Assembly (NCBI GenBank): GCA_946965045.2
Contig: OX337228.1
Span: 4,712,001-4,776,000 of the forward strand
Length of the DNA: 64,000 bases
Reading direction: 5' to 3'
Source of the DNA: Epithemia pelagica
Lineage: Eukaryota; Protista; Bacillariophyta
Shown: piece after piece, positions 12,597 to 25,398 of the stretch
Numbering within the stretch: the first letter of the stretch is position 1
Layout: each line of letters begins with the position of its first letter
Program-made: the position numbers and the translations under genes
The notes under the pieces: generated by a model
What the model was told of the DNA's origin: nothing
Seen by the model: the letters and a program-made list of their open reading frames with translations, nothing else
Database searches by the model: none

Positions 12597-14336
12597 GAAT
12601 AGGAATCCTAAAAATCCTATTCTTAGCCAATCAGATCGCTCCAAATCGTACGACGTTCAGACGCATTTGGCCTCCAGTTTAGGCGTGAAAGGCCTCTTGT
12701 TTAGGAGTTTCGATCGGTCATCGCAGTCGAAAGACCTAAACGAATCCTAAACGATTTGGAACCAAAATCTCCATCCAACGGCCCACAAATTTCCCCATGT
12801 CGACTTCCGAATCTTCCTCTTGCCACGCTGTCATCCATCAATATGACAGCTTAGCACTTTCGGGTTCTACAGTTGCTGCTGTTGTCGGTGTGATTCATGC
12901 AGTGCATGTTTTGGGAAGTGAATCAGTTCATTTGTGGATTGTGATTCTCTGCTTGTCGCGTCAAAACTCACCCAATCCACCTTGGTTTCGCTTGTTGTTC
13001 ACAGAATCCTTGCCACTTTAACAGAAGAAAAGTTCATTGATCCGAACAAATGAAATTTCGTTCTCCAGGACTGGTGGCACTGGTTTGGTATATTCCATAC
13101 TGATGTCGCCTTGGCTGCGCAAAGGACTGAATTTTCGTCGGAACAACAACAACCATAGAGGGAGAGCATCCTTCGAACCAACAACCAACCAAGCCAACCT
13201 TCCGTTTGACTACCCATGAAGCTCAGTGCGCCGTCACTGTCGACTGCCGGTGGTATCACAGACTTCCACAATGCGGTTACGGCGTACTTTCAAGCTTTGC
13301 CAACATGGCTCAGTCAATCCTTGCGCCAAGCTTCTTTTGTTTGAGTTTTGTCGGCGATCCTCGTGGTCCAAACCATGGTCTTGTTTCTTGGGTGCCTTGG
13401 CAAACTATCGCCATGACAAATTCATCCGTATGCTCGTGGCTATGCTTTCTGGCTGCTCTTGTGGGAGGCAAGTGGGCAACAGAGACTATCACGAGACCAG
13501 TGGTGGTGTCTTACACTGGGCTCTGCAACAGCCATCTCAATGGCAACCGTGCCTGGCTACAGACCCAGATCACTTCCAATAGCACAAATTCCGCCACACA
13601 ACGACACAGCAATAATACTTTGCTACGGCCACCCTATTATCCCTCTGTGCTCTCATCTCCTACAACAAATTCTTCTGCCACTGCCACTACAGCAACAAGT
13701 GTAAATGCCCTTGTGATGTCAGGGTTGACGACAAGTTTTGGATCCGTGGTCTACTGCGGCTTGGTTGGCGGTGTAGCTCAGCTGACATGTCGAGCGAAAA
13801 CCTAATGCAACAAGCCGCTCTGATGATGAACAATTTGATGAAGAACAAGAAGTAGAGGAAAATGATGATAAGGAAGAAGTACATGACTAGCAACAGACCG
13901 AATCTTCATTAGTTCTACTCTAGCATGTTTTCTATAGAACTGGATGGCTTGGAGAACGACATCAAGCTTGTCTCCCATTGTTTCAATGCACTGCATTGCA
14001 GCACTGGAAGTCTCTGCAGCTGGGACTACAATACAGCCGCAGTGGACAATTCCTGTGCCGCGATCATATCCTTGATCTTCTTCGCTTGGTTTGATCTTCC
14101 GTTGGCATTGTTCGGGAAAAATGGGATCGCATTGACAAATTCTCGTGGGAATCTTGACTTCATTCGGAACCTACATAGAGGTGCTAGCTCCTACGAAGGT
14201 CAGACTACGAATAAGTTTAGGTTAAAATGGGGGTCAACACGGTTTGTCCTAAAATCCTATTTGAGGGGGGAAGGAGTTTAGGATTTTAGGTCAAACCGTT
14301 TTCCTCCAGTTGCAATCTTCGAATAGGAAATAGGAG
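12597..14336. repeat. Possible degenerate TIR element bounded by TCCTA/TTTAGG motif clusters
   Basis: TCCTAAAAATCCTATTC at 12606-12622 and GAATAGGAAATAGGA at 14321-14335 form an imperfect inverted pair. Further TTTAGG/CCTAAA copies lie near both ends. The interior has no convincing ORF and no TSD was identified. Confidence 0.3.
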
Positions 14337-14386
14337 TAGAAAATTTCCAATTTCCAAATATCCAATATCTAGCACCTAGAGATAGT

Positions 14387-14579
14387 CAAGCGTCATGCGC
14401 TCCAGCGCTTGAGGAGCTCCAGCGCAGATTGGTGTTGCTTGAGGAGTGAGGAGTGAGGAGCTCGAACGCCAGACTCTAGAGGAATACGCCATAACTCAGC
14501 AAACCATCATTCATCTGCCCCGCTTGAGCGCTTGAATTTGGTATTCAGCTCAAGCGCTCAAGCGCTTTAGTGCTCAAGC
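14387..14579. repeat. TCAAGC/GCTTGA-rich segment with a 15-bp perfect hairpin
   Basis: CGCTTGAGCGCTTGA (14521-14535) is the exact reverse complement of 14550-14564, with a 14-nt loop. About 8 copies of the hexamer occur in both orientations. Confidence 0.6.
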
Positions 14580-15194
14580 AGAAAAAAGCTTGACACTTGG
14601 CCAATATCCAATCGTCGGGTCACTGAAGTTGACTGGTAACTGGTAACTGGTGAGTCACAGCTACGAATTACTTATTCCTGCAGACTAAGGAGCAAGAAAC
14701 AAGAAACACAGAATAGATGAATTCTTCTCAATGATTCATCAGTCATCAGATTCTGAATGAATCATGAATCATCCACCCCCAGCCCGTCTGGTGGAGGCCA
14801 AAGTAGGGGTGAATAGCACAGCTCTCCACAGCTAGGGCGTCCAGGATTCCAGGATGGGTAGAGGAAGGCGGATTTGAGTACAAAACGTAGAAGATCTATG
14901 TAAGATTGTTATGGTATATGGGAACGTCGTAACGCATATGTTGCCGGATGATTCGCTGTCGACATTTCTTGTCTTGACCGTGTTAGTATATTATCGTTTA
15001 TGTCGAATCCTGTCCACTTTGCCGAGTGTCACTTAGGTTACGCTATCCTTGTACATCTATTCCAGACCTGCATGCTAAAATATCTGGAAAATTCATAGCT
15101 ATGGACATTTGATTATGCATCAATGGCCGGCATTGTCAGTATCGACAAGACTGTAGAAGGTCATTGCTTTGCTTCAGCTGTTCGGTGGACTATT

Positions 15195-15944
15195 TCATTT
15201 CTTTGCTACCTTGAACGTTTTCTTTTTTGGTTTTTGAGCCTTGCTATCATTGAGAAGCCGTATTTGTTCTTGAGCGGCATCGTCCCATTTCATTCGCGTT
15301 TTCGTAATGGGAAGAATCCGTCGCACTTTTTTGAGTGAATTTGCCAACCGACCTTGATCTCCCGTGATATGGTCGACCATGGTGTCGTAAAAGGCTTGTG
15401 TGGTGCGTTGAACATGTTGGACGAGGGCCGCCGAATCGTCCGATGACAAGGACTGATCCGGAACTTCTCGCGTGGCACGCAATTGTACATTGATGCCGTC
15501 TTCGTAAGAATGCACTTGCATGGCAATGGTTCCCGACACGGTGGATCCACCACCACTGCTGCCATTGTACGTCCATTCCGTGGACCAAAAACCACCACGA
15601 AATTTGTGCGGTTCGCAGATTTCCACGTAGGTGCGAATGACGAGATCATTATTATTTTTGGATCCCTTGGCAGGAACCACGGCAAACCGTGCTTGAAATT
15701 GGGTGCTTCGTTGACTGCCGTATTGTTTGTCCATTTGGGTTTGCAATTCGACCAGTAACGATTCGGCAAAGGGTGTTTTTGCATTTTCTTCATCGAGGCA
15801 TTGTCGAGCTTTCCACTCTTCTACATAAGACGATTTGTAACCTGGAACTTGTTTTTCAATGGTTTCCAATATAGTGGACTGGTCGTCCTTCGCCAAGGGA
15901 GGGAGCGAAAATAAAACTTGTTTTGCCAACGAAGACGAGGACAT
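15195..15944 (-). CDS. CAPZA: F-actin capping protein subunit alpha
   Basis: KFRGGFWSTEW, GTIAMQVHSYEDGINVQL and LKKVRRILPITKTRMKWD match CapZ-alpha family motifs (…GRWRSEW, QVHYYEDGNVQL, LRRQLPVTRTKIDW). Confidence 0.85.
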   Translation of the reverse strand: MSSSSLAKQVLFSLPPLAKDDQSTILETIEKQVPGYKSSYVEEWKARQCLDEENAKTPFAESLLVELQTQMDKQYGSQRSTQFQARFAVVPAKGSKNNNDLVIRTYVEICEPHKFRGGFWSTEWTYNGSSGGGSTVSGTIAMQVHSYEDGINVQLRATREVPDQSLSSDDSAALVQHVQRTTQAFYDTMVDHITGDQGRLANSLKKVRRILPITKTRMKWDDAAQEQIRLLNDSKAQKPKKKTFKVAKK

Positions 15945-16333
15945 GTTTCATCCAAATCCGTACGTCCCTGCGTTCGGCGGAATGTTGTTGTTTGGATCAA
16001 ATCGAGCAAGTCTCCCTGATAATCAAAACCCGGCAGATGTTGCCGTTGCTGTTGTCCTGTCGACGAGACTTGTGACTTTGCGATGACCGGTCGATCGACT
16101 GAAGTAATGAGACTCAGACGCGATCTTTGAGCGCTTTTACGAAAAAACCAGGTTCTTGTTTGCTCGTGGTTTCCAAGCGGGCTGTCCATTCTCGAGTTAC
16201 GTGTGAAGCAATGGAAACGAGAATGGACATCGCATCCGAGAATTTGGGGGAACTGGGGGATAGGATTTCTCACCAATTTTCATAAGTCTTTCAGTACCGC
16301 TCGGTACTAAAAGTCAATTTAAGACTGATTCTA

Positions 16334-17678
16334 CGAGCTCCACCTCAACAAAATTGAAACAGCAGTAGCCCGTGCTATCAAGGCCCCCACTGTTTTCTCT
16401 ATAGTGATTCTAGCTTCGTAGGAAGAGCACTACGGTCATTTTGCACTGCATAACACCACCATGGACAACAAGAACCGCTGTGCACCTCCAATGAAAGGTG
16501 CTAGTACTCCTCCGGCCATCACGGAAACTTGATCTTTAAGTGTACCGTGAAGGGTGAAAAGGGCGGCGATGAGTTGGCTTGTTTGATGGACCTACGGCAA
16601 GGTTGTTTGAAGTCTTCCATTTTGGGTTGGAAGGTCGCGACGAGAAGATCAACTGTGGAGATGGATGACGATGGAACGAACCAAGATTGCGGGGAGAGAC
16701 GACACTTGACGCTTTGAAATGGATGGATGAGGCATTGGAGAGCAGCAGCAAGGACACACGGCAATCAACTGGAGGATTCCGAAGCACAAACATGACGAGA
16801 ATCTCGGCAACCACAACGAAGGAAGTGACGATGAAAAGACGACGCCACTGGAGACAATGAATGCAGCAATTCACTTATTGTCCGTCCGCACGCAACAATC
16901 AACTTCTTGGCTTTGCGTGGTCCGAACACAGCAACTGAAAGCCTCGTCGGATTGGTTTGACGCAACAAGCAACAACAGTTTGGTTCGAACAAACGAGAAA
17001 ACAAACTCAACCATGGGTGGTCCGACAATTGTTCAAGTGGAAGAAGGAGGGGATGCCGTGGAGCTGTGGCAGCGGCAGTCGAAGATGGTGTGGTCGTCGT
17101 CCTTCTTCCACCTTGCGACGAAACAATCAACTCCCTGTCTTTTCGTTACCCTCACCCAACAAATCGAAGCCTCGTCCGATGGTGAACGACAGCAAGCGGT
17201 GACAATGACAACAACAACCCAAAGCTCGCTGAGGCCGAACGAAACACTTGGCGCAACAGCAACAACAACAACAACCCAAACGCGACAATCAACTACTCCC
17301 TGCCACCGAAGGAAACACGCGGCGACAACAACAAGACGCGGCGACAATGACAGCAGCAACAACAACCCAAACACAACAATCACATACAAGCATGAACTAA
17401 GTTAGGTAGGTGTTCTGTACTTGTAGCTGTTCATATGCATACGAGCTCGTAGACAAGGCGGGTTGATTGTTGTGCTAGCGCCTCCTCACCATTGAGAGGG
17501 AGTAGGTGGTGAGAATCTCCACCATTGTTTTCGGCATGTGCAATGTGCATGAGGGGCAATTCATTTTACTTTAGGAAAATGTATGGAGTCTGAATCTCGT
17601 TGGGCCGGGAGTCTCACCAAGAATCGAAAGCGTGAAGCACGGGCTACTGCTGTTTCAATTTTGTTGAGGTGGAGCTCG
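16334..17678 (+). mobile_element. Non-autonomous Tc1/mariner (Minos-like) element, copy 1
   Basis: Perfect 43-bp TIR CGAGCTCCACCTCAACAAAATTGAAACAGCAGTAGCCCGTGCT at both ends. TA at 16332-33 and 17679-80. The matching 28-bp empty site occurs at 38030-38057 (minus strand). No transposase ORF. Confidence 0.9.
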
Positions 17679-17811
17679 TATTGTGGGTCGGGATTTTTCA
17701 TACAAGCTGAGTTCAGAGTTTACATCAACGACGTAGGCCCCTGTAGAATTTGTAGCAGAGGAGTAATCCTCGATAGCGCTTCGCGTTTCTAATGTCCGAC
17801 ACTCGACGTCC

Positions 17812-18594
17812 TGTTACAATTCTTTCTGAATCGTAGGGACATTGATGCTCGGTAGAGCAGACAATCAGGTAGGTCACCAACCGATACAAGCTTCTCAGGG
17901 TCAGAGAAGCAAGCAAGTCGAAGTCTATCAGAAGGATAGTTGGGACACAAAAGAGGATGTGATAAATGGTGATATTGTTAGATTGTGTGTTGATTACTAC
18001 GATAGGTCTACGTGAAATGTTCGGTCCTGCCAAGGGTCATGTGTCATAGGTTCTTGGCGGCAACAGGTTTGGAATAGTTGGAGTCGATTCATGTGATGTA
18101 TATGACATGTATATGTGGGCGGATAACATATACAGGGTCAACAGCTCTTGTTTTGGGTTGGCATAGTTGTTTTCATGGCGCGCAGCTTGTTGACAATTTG
18201 GAGATTGTGGGAATGGAAATATGGTCTCGCGTGATCGTGTGTCGTGCTTGGGATACTGAGACCGTTGGGTCGGATAGATGCCGACAGCGCTCGGATGTCG
18301 CTTGGGCGCGCTCGATGATTTCGGGCGCGTACGCTTAGGGCGTTAGTATAATGTCCAAGCAACGGCCAAATTTACGTCCGTTGTAATACCGCACGACCCA
18401 GTTTAGTCTTGAGAGTGAGTTCGTCAATCTATTCTCACTTTTCATGATTTGCAAAGAAATATAGGTCGATATAGCGCGAAGCTAGGGAACATAGCTCGAA
18501 GCTAGATGGCATGATGCGATAGCACGAGGCTATGTGACATGGGGAATCGATAAGATGTAGAATCTAACCACCATAGACGGTGAGAATTCTAACA
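17812..18594 (-). repeat. 3' LTR of the copia element
   Basis: Preceded on the minus strand by the polypurine tract; 777/783 identical to the other LTR. Confidence 0.95.
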
Positions 18595-21500
18595 CTCCCC
18601 ACAACTCGTCGTTTCAGCCTTGTCATCATTGGATTTGTTGAGGTCTTGAACTTCTCCTTTCCAAAACAACAATGGCTTGAGCATGGACCAAATAGATACG
18701 AAATCCCAATGTTTGCTAAGGATATTGGCAGGGTTGGTCTTTCCATCTTTCCAGTAGAATGCAACATACTTTGCTGCGATGGCTTCACGAACTCGGTGGT
18801 ATGACAGAAGATGGTGTCTCTTGGATAGTATGGAATGAGGAACGGTTGCATTGAGCACAACAGATCTGTTATCTCCGTACATGTAACTTCGCTCTCGGAT
18901 AGGTACTCCAAGGTAGCGGAGAGAATGTCATAATTCTGTAATCTGATCTATTGCTGTCCTTGCAGCCACAAACTCGGATCCATAGGTAGCAGTTTCCACC
19001 GTGCTCTGTCTCTTGCTGTACCAGTCAATAGGTGTTCCGTTCAACAAATGTAGAACAGCAGTGACGGATTTACCAGTGACTATGTCATGCATGAGATTGG
19101 CATCAACATAATGAGTTGTGGTAACATAGCGGCCAAGAGGTGTTGGGCAGTCTTCAGGAATACGTTCACTTGCATTCGAATAGACAGTGCGAGTCCAATC
19201 AAATTCTTGGGTAGGGAGACTTGAATAATCAGGCTCTCCAATCCTAAATCTGATCGCGCCTTCTGGGAGATGTGCAAGGTATCCATAGATACGCTTGGCT
19301 CTATCAAGATGTCCTTTCCTCGGAGCAGCACGAAAGCGTGATAGCGTCATTGTAGCGGTGAAGACGTCAAAACGACCAATAGTGATCACCCATTGGAGTT
19401 GTCCAATCAGAGTTTGGAAATGGCTAGTACCTTCTTCATCAAGGAGCTCAGAATCATCCAATTCAGGATGGTCTCCACCAATAAGAGGTGTTTTGGCTTT
19501 CTTGGGTTTCTCCTTGAAGATTCGTTCGAAAGTGTCCATCATCTTACCAATGTAGCGTCTTGGATCTGCTACTAATGTTCCATCAGAATCCTTGGTGTAA
19601 CAACATCCCAAGTGGAAATCAATAGGTCCATCTCCTTTGAGTTTGAAGTTGTATTTCTCCTTCAGGATCTTGCAGATATTCCCAGGATCAGTAGAAATAA
19701 TGGCTAAGTCATCAACGTATACGGCAATGTATTCGTAACAGTCTTCTCCAGGTGCTTTCCTCATCCAGATATCTGGATCTGCTTTGCTTGGTGAAAATCC
19801 CATGTCTGTCAAAACATCGAATAAGACATCATGCCAGCGTGCGCCTGATGACTTCAATCCATAAAGTGCCTTGTATATAATCAGGATGTGACCTTCTAAT
19901 TCCTTGAATTCAGGTCCTGCGACAATGAAAATTTTCTCCCCTGTCAAGGCTTCCAGATATGCGTTTCCAATATCTGCTCCCCATATTTCCAAGTCATTCA
20001 AAGTACCCAGGAATAAGGCAATGCGGAGGTTGCGAATGGAAACAACACCTGAATAGATTGTCTCAACAGGTTCTTTTGTGAGATGTCCATCTGCGACAAG
20101 TCTTGCTTTATGTCGTCCATCATGTTTTACGTCAAAGACAAGATGTACACGTATCTTATGATATCCTTCAGGTGCATTGGATACTTTCCCTTTAATGAAG
20201 ATGGCTTTCCCAAAATCCTTGAATGTCTTGTAGGACTGGATCTGTGACAATTCTAATTCTGTTGCATCTTGCCACTTTGTGTTGCCATGTTGTTTATCAA
20301 GAGCGACAGCTTCCTCATAATTGCGTGGTACTTGGAATCCAAACTTATACTTGACGGAATGGTGAACTTGTTTAATCCTTGACTGTTTGGCTGCTCGAAT
20401 GAGACGTTTGCTTGTTTTGACATAACGTTTCAAATGCTTCCATCCAGGTTCGTTGAGTAAATCATGTTTCTTTCCATAAATTGCTACAGTGATCGGATCA
20501 TCATTGGCGATGAGTGATAAAGGTTCATAGGTAGTCTCCCCAGTTTCCCAATCAACAAGCAAATTATATTTGCTCCCCTTGTAATCTGGATCAGTTGTGT
20601 TCAGTGGGCCTTGATGGGCAATGACGTCCCTGAACCTGAAAAGATTATCTCCAGAGGTTTGAGCTTGGTTATCTTGTTCGATATACTCCATGAGTTGATT
20701 ATAGGATATCATCTCATCAACATCAGAATTTGTCTTTCGGTAGATGTACTTGACACGTTCTTCCTGTTTTGTTGCTTCTTCATTAAGATCAATGACTCGT
20801 TTGATGACACCTGCACGGTGTCGCTCCCCATTTTCTTCTGTGTCGCATAGGAATGTGCGTCCTATCATGTCGTCAAAATCGATCGTGGGCATTGGTTTGG
20901 ATGGATCTTCACTATCACTGCGGATGAAGACAGTGTCAGCTTGCTTATCATTGTCATCCTTCTCAGACAAATCCTCCCCTGAAGGTCGATCCACACGTAG
21001 GTTAGGTGTAGTGGATTCAACACGGCGAACGGCAGAACGGTAGATTATCTGGTTATCCTGGGTGAGAATCTTCCAAGTAAAAGAATCACCAACGTTGTGA
21101 GCAAAACCAACCCAGTGGCCAAGTTTCTCATCAGAAGAAGATGGATATGAACCAGAATTGGGTTCAGCGGGGTCAACACGGTAGTAAACCTCATCCCAGA
21201 AAGGAAAGAACAAGAGATGAGTAATGTCGGGTGGGCGTCCGGAGAGAGCCTCAAGAGGAGTGCGACCGGAATGGGTGGGTGATGATGTATGGTTCAATAA
21301 GTCACAGACATACTCAAGGCAAAGAAGCCAGGTGTTGGCAGGGCAACCAGTGGCATTCATGAGAGCGTTGGTCATACGTTTAACGGTCTGGTAACGGTTT
21401 TCAGCCTTATTCTGGTGTTGATGATAAGGTTCGGATCGGTACTCCCCAATAAGCAAAGTGCGAAGAATGTCTTTGACCTTTTGAGAGATGAGAGATGAAC

Positions 21501-24276
21501 CACCATCACTGATAAGAGTCTCCATGGCACCACAAAACCGGATGTTGTCCTGAAGAGTATTGACAAACTGTTTGGTTGACTTGATCCCATAGATATCAGT
21601 AACCAGAGTATCGCGACCAACAAAGATTTGTGCGACTTTACCGCCATGGTCAACAGCAGGGGTGTCGGAGAAAACCGAGTCAGTAGCAACGGGTTCATGG
21701 CGTCGAGGTATATTAAGGACCGGATTGCGAGCCTTGAAATGTTTCTTGAGGGTGTCATGGTCAAAAGCAATGCTACCATTACGTGTAGTGTGTTTGAACG
21801 TATCGGCAATAAAATCTTCAGATTGCCAACCAAAGAATGGACGGAACTTCTTCCAGTCATACGCTTCCTGGTAACGACGGTGGACAGAGGCATGAAGTGT
21901 AGGATCATTACCTTCTGCGTCAGCATAGATAGAAAAGAAGGGTGCGTCGTCAGGTCCATGATCGTATGGGAGATCCAAAAGGAGATTGAGGTTACAAACA
22001 ACACGATCAGTGTACTCCCCATGGTTGTCATATGGATGGTTCGACATACTACCATCAGTCTTGACGTGTTTCCAATCAGGATCATTGTCAGAGGGTGTGG
22101 GAGAATACGAATGGTCCAGAACACCAGGATCCCATGTGTCGGGTGACGTGAAGATGATCTGAGGTAAGGTATCCATGTCATCGTCGTTGGGGATACCCAA
22201 GGAGTGGATGTAGGCTAACCCACCCTTGATGTGAAGGGGTATAGCACGGCCATCAAGTGTAGTGATGCGTTGTTTACCATCAACTTTAACAGATCGTTCA
22301 TCAACAGCAAGTCCGAAATGCTCGAATTGACCAGGAGCATGGATAGATAAGCCCTTTCCATAATAAGCATATTCATTGAAGATGCCGACAATAGGTCCAT
22401 CATTGGTCTCAAACTTTGCGGCACATGTGACGACAGGAAGTCCAGTAAGTTCGTGGTTATCAATACCCACAATAGTGATATGGCGGCCAGTCTTAGAAAG
22501 GATGCGCATGTCAGAACCAGCAAGTCCTCCATTAGCACCACGGTCAATCAATTGATTTCCTGGTAAAGTAGATTTCCTGGAAAACAAATAGCGTGGAACA
22601 TGTCCTGCTTGTTTATGCATGTTGGCTTTGAAAGTAACCTTCTTGCTCGTCTTGGACTTGGCGTTAGAAAGAACACTAGTCAGGTCAGTTGCCGGGTGAT
22701 TGATATCAGTCGTCATGGCTTGGTTGATAAATTGTGTAACCGGATCTGAATCATCTGGATGCTCAGGGACTACGCCAGGTGAGTCGTCATCAGATGCAAC
22801 TTGGTTGGGGTCAGGATCAGGTTCCGGATCAATGTCGAGGGCATGTGTTTGCACGTTCCTCGGTGTTGTTGATGAAGGTGCTTGAATCATCTTGTTATAC
22901 TCAATGATCAACTTGCGATCTTCTTCAGAAAGTTTGAACCATAGGTCACGCGGTAGACTAACCTTGGACGAAGAGGGTGGAGATTCAGATGTCGCTTTGA
23001 TGTTGTGGACATGATACTCCATATCATCTTGTGAGGTTATGTCAGCATCTGTATCTTGGCCATATAGTGATTCATGTTGTTTGACATGTCGACGGCGACT
23101 ATGAACAGATGACTGGGTTGCTTGATCATGGTCATAAGCTGCGTCTAGAAGGAGACGGAAGTATGATTGATAGCAAAGGGATTTTGCACCGGATTTGGTG
23201 TTCACCACATTATCCAAGATCTTGACTCGGCGGAGATCAGGTACCTTTTCTACAGCTTGCATGAGGAAGGTCATCCTGGTATGATCAGGGATGCGATCAG
23301 ACAATGTCACTAGATTGTCTAGCAAACGTAGCTGCTCTTGAAAGTGTAGAAGAAATTGACGTGTTGTTCCGCGCCATGTGTCGTCAAGACGTAGATTGGA
23401 AATGTAGTTGGTTAAACGGAGGACTTCTCGCTTTGCTAGGTCGGATTCGGTATGCAAAGAGTGTAACTTCTGCAATACGGCACGCGCATCTTCATCATGT
23501 TCATGTTCACGTACATAGGCTCGACCTTGGTCAGTCTGAATGATACGGACAAGAACGGAGTAAAGAAATACTTGTTGCTCTTGAAAAAGTTCTTCGGCAT
23601 ACTCATCATCATGGGGTGGTGTGTATTTGAAATTCAGAACGTTGGATAGGCCTTGAGCCTTAGCTGTAGTCTTGAATACACGCCAGAATGAATCGTAGTA
23701 TCGTTCATCCTTGAATACCTCATATGCAGTTGCGTCGCGCTTAGTTCCCTTTCTGAATGCTATAAGGTCTTGTTGAGATTGGGATGCGGCAGTAACTGTG
23801 CTGACAGATTTCACAGATGACGGTGACTTCATTGGCGAGACTGGAACTTGGCTAGGTGGTCCCTTAGAGAAATCTGTGTTGATCCTCCAAGTGTTGAACT
23901 CTTTCCTCGTTAGGTTCATCCAGTCGCTATTGGATAGCTCGTCTTGAATTTCATTGGTCTTGTATATGGCCCAATAAGCCAAGAGCTTGATCTGCTGTCT
24001 TGTGGGGCCTTGTAGATCATGTGTCTGTTTGTTGACCTTGTATTGTGTCAGTTCCTTCATGGATTCCTCGGTATTAGTTTGCATATACGAGATAACATGG
24101 GTAATGTTCTCAAAACCATGGTATTTCATCCACTTCATTAAGTAGTCGGCCCTTTCTTTGGTAAAGAATTGGCAGACAGTAAATATGATGTGGTCGAATA
24201 GGTCTGTCTTCGAGACATTGTCTTGGTTATCTTCTCCCTTAGGAGTCGTAGGTGTCTTGGGTGATTGAGGATCCAT
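18589..24276 (-). pseudogene. Copia gag-pol polyprotein with one in-frame premature TGA (18928-18930) in RNase H
   Basis: Protease LIDRGANGG; integrase ATDSVFSD/ISDGG/NKAE; chromodomain-like module; RT KARLVADGH…YVDD; RNase H YVDAN. After ITEL* the same frame continues HSLRYLGVPI…MYGDNRSVV…KRH…YHRVREAIAA to a TAG at 18589. Confidence 0.9.
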
Positions 24277-24596
24277 GGTGTTATTTGGTTGGTTCGATGT
24301 TTATTTAATGTGCGGTGTGATGTGGTTTATTTAATGTGTGATGTGATGTGAACCCGGATGTACCACGTGTACCACGTATGTACCACGTATGTGATACCCG
24401 GATGTGTGTTGTGATGTGCGACTCCTGGAAATTTCCGTTGATTTCGACAAATTTTCGCCGAGTTTCAACAAATTTTCACCGAATTTTCGCGATTTGACGG
24501 GAATGTGTGGCGTGTTGTGCGACCAAGGGTACCCGGATGTGCGTTGAGTTTAAGTCTTGGAAAGGTTTTGAGAGGACGGGAGTTAACTATGAGTAA

Positions 24597-25376
24597 TTAA
24601 GCTTCGGTCTCCGAATCTCCACTCTCTTCCGAATGATCAGAGTCGTTTCCAGGCTCAGATGGGGCAGCACAAGCAACAGAAGAAGGGGTATCACCTTCAG
24701 CCAGGTGGTTCTCGACCTCGGTACGCAAAGGGAAGATAGTTGCACGATGGTCCTCGATGGTATGGACCTCGTGGATGTAGGCAACGTAGTTATCTAGGCG
24801 TAAAACGTTAGGAGGCAGAGGGCAAGTCGTCGCGTTCACGACGTGGATGGTATTGTAGTATCCAGTTGGGCGCTCGAAGGTTAGGAAGCGGAGGTGGACA
24901 GTACGGATGGGGTTGCCCGAGAGGGCGGCCAAGATGAGGCGACGCCTCGGAGAACGATGAAGTTGGTCGTTCAGACGGTCAATGTCTTCTTGGTCGACGA
25001 TGTGGGTCACCGATTGGAACTGGCGTTCGATCTGGGTCTCCCCACGGATGATCTCGGGATCGAAGGTCGAACAAGTTGGTTGACGGAAGTACTTGATATG
25101 ATCAGCAATCAACCGGGTGGTACGACGGGATCGAGAAGGGACGAGCCGACGAGGCGGACTCGGGGGCCGAAGCAACGGCGCAGGGATCGGAGCGTGAGGC
25201 TGGGTTGGAGTCTCGAATGGGTTGCTGTTGGAACTGTCGACGGAGATGTTGACCGATGTGTTGGCTGCCTTCGGCGTCGGCACCAGTTCCTGCTGCACCA
25301 GGGTATCGGGCTGCCCGGGATGCAGTTTGGCTCGATAGATCTGTCGTACAGGAGTGATAAGCTCGTTAGTATCCAT
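24597..25376 (-). CDS. Extra ORF (ORF0, 259 aa) upstream of gag-pol inside the copia element
   Basis: Intact ATG-initiated ORF starting 37 nt after the 5' LTR, on the same strand as gag-pol. No recognisable domain. Confidence 0.7.
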   Translation of the reverse strand: MDTNELITPVRQIYRAKLHPGQPDTLVQQELVPTPKAANTSVNISVDSSNSNPFETPTQPHAPIPAPLLRPPSPPRRLVPSRSRRTTRLIADHIKYFRQPTCSTFDPEIIRGETQIERQFQSVTHIVDQEDIDRLNDQLHRSPRRRLILAALSGNPIRTVHLRFLTFERPTGYYNTIHVVNATTCPLPPNVLRLDNYVAYIHEVHTIEDHRATIFPLRTEVENHLAEGDTPSSVACAAPSEPGNDSDHSEESGDSETEA

Positions 25377-25398
25377 GAAACCACAAGGAAATAAGCTT

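Noticed and set aside
13000-14200. Decayed LINE (RNase H / C-terminal) remnant
   Set aside because: Only vague W-rich fragments across stops; no SDGS/YRAE-type motif could be read convincingly.
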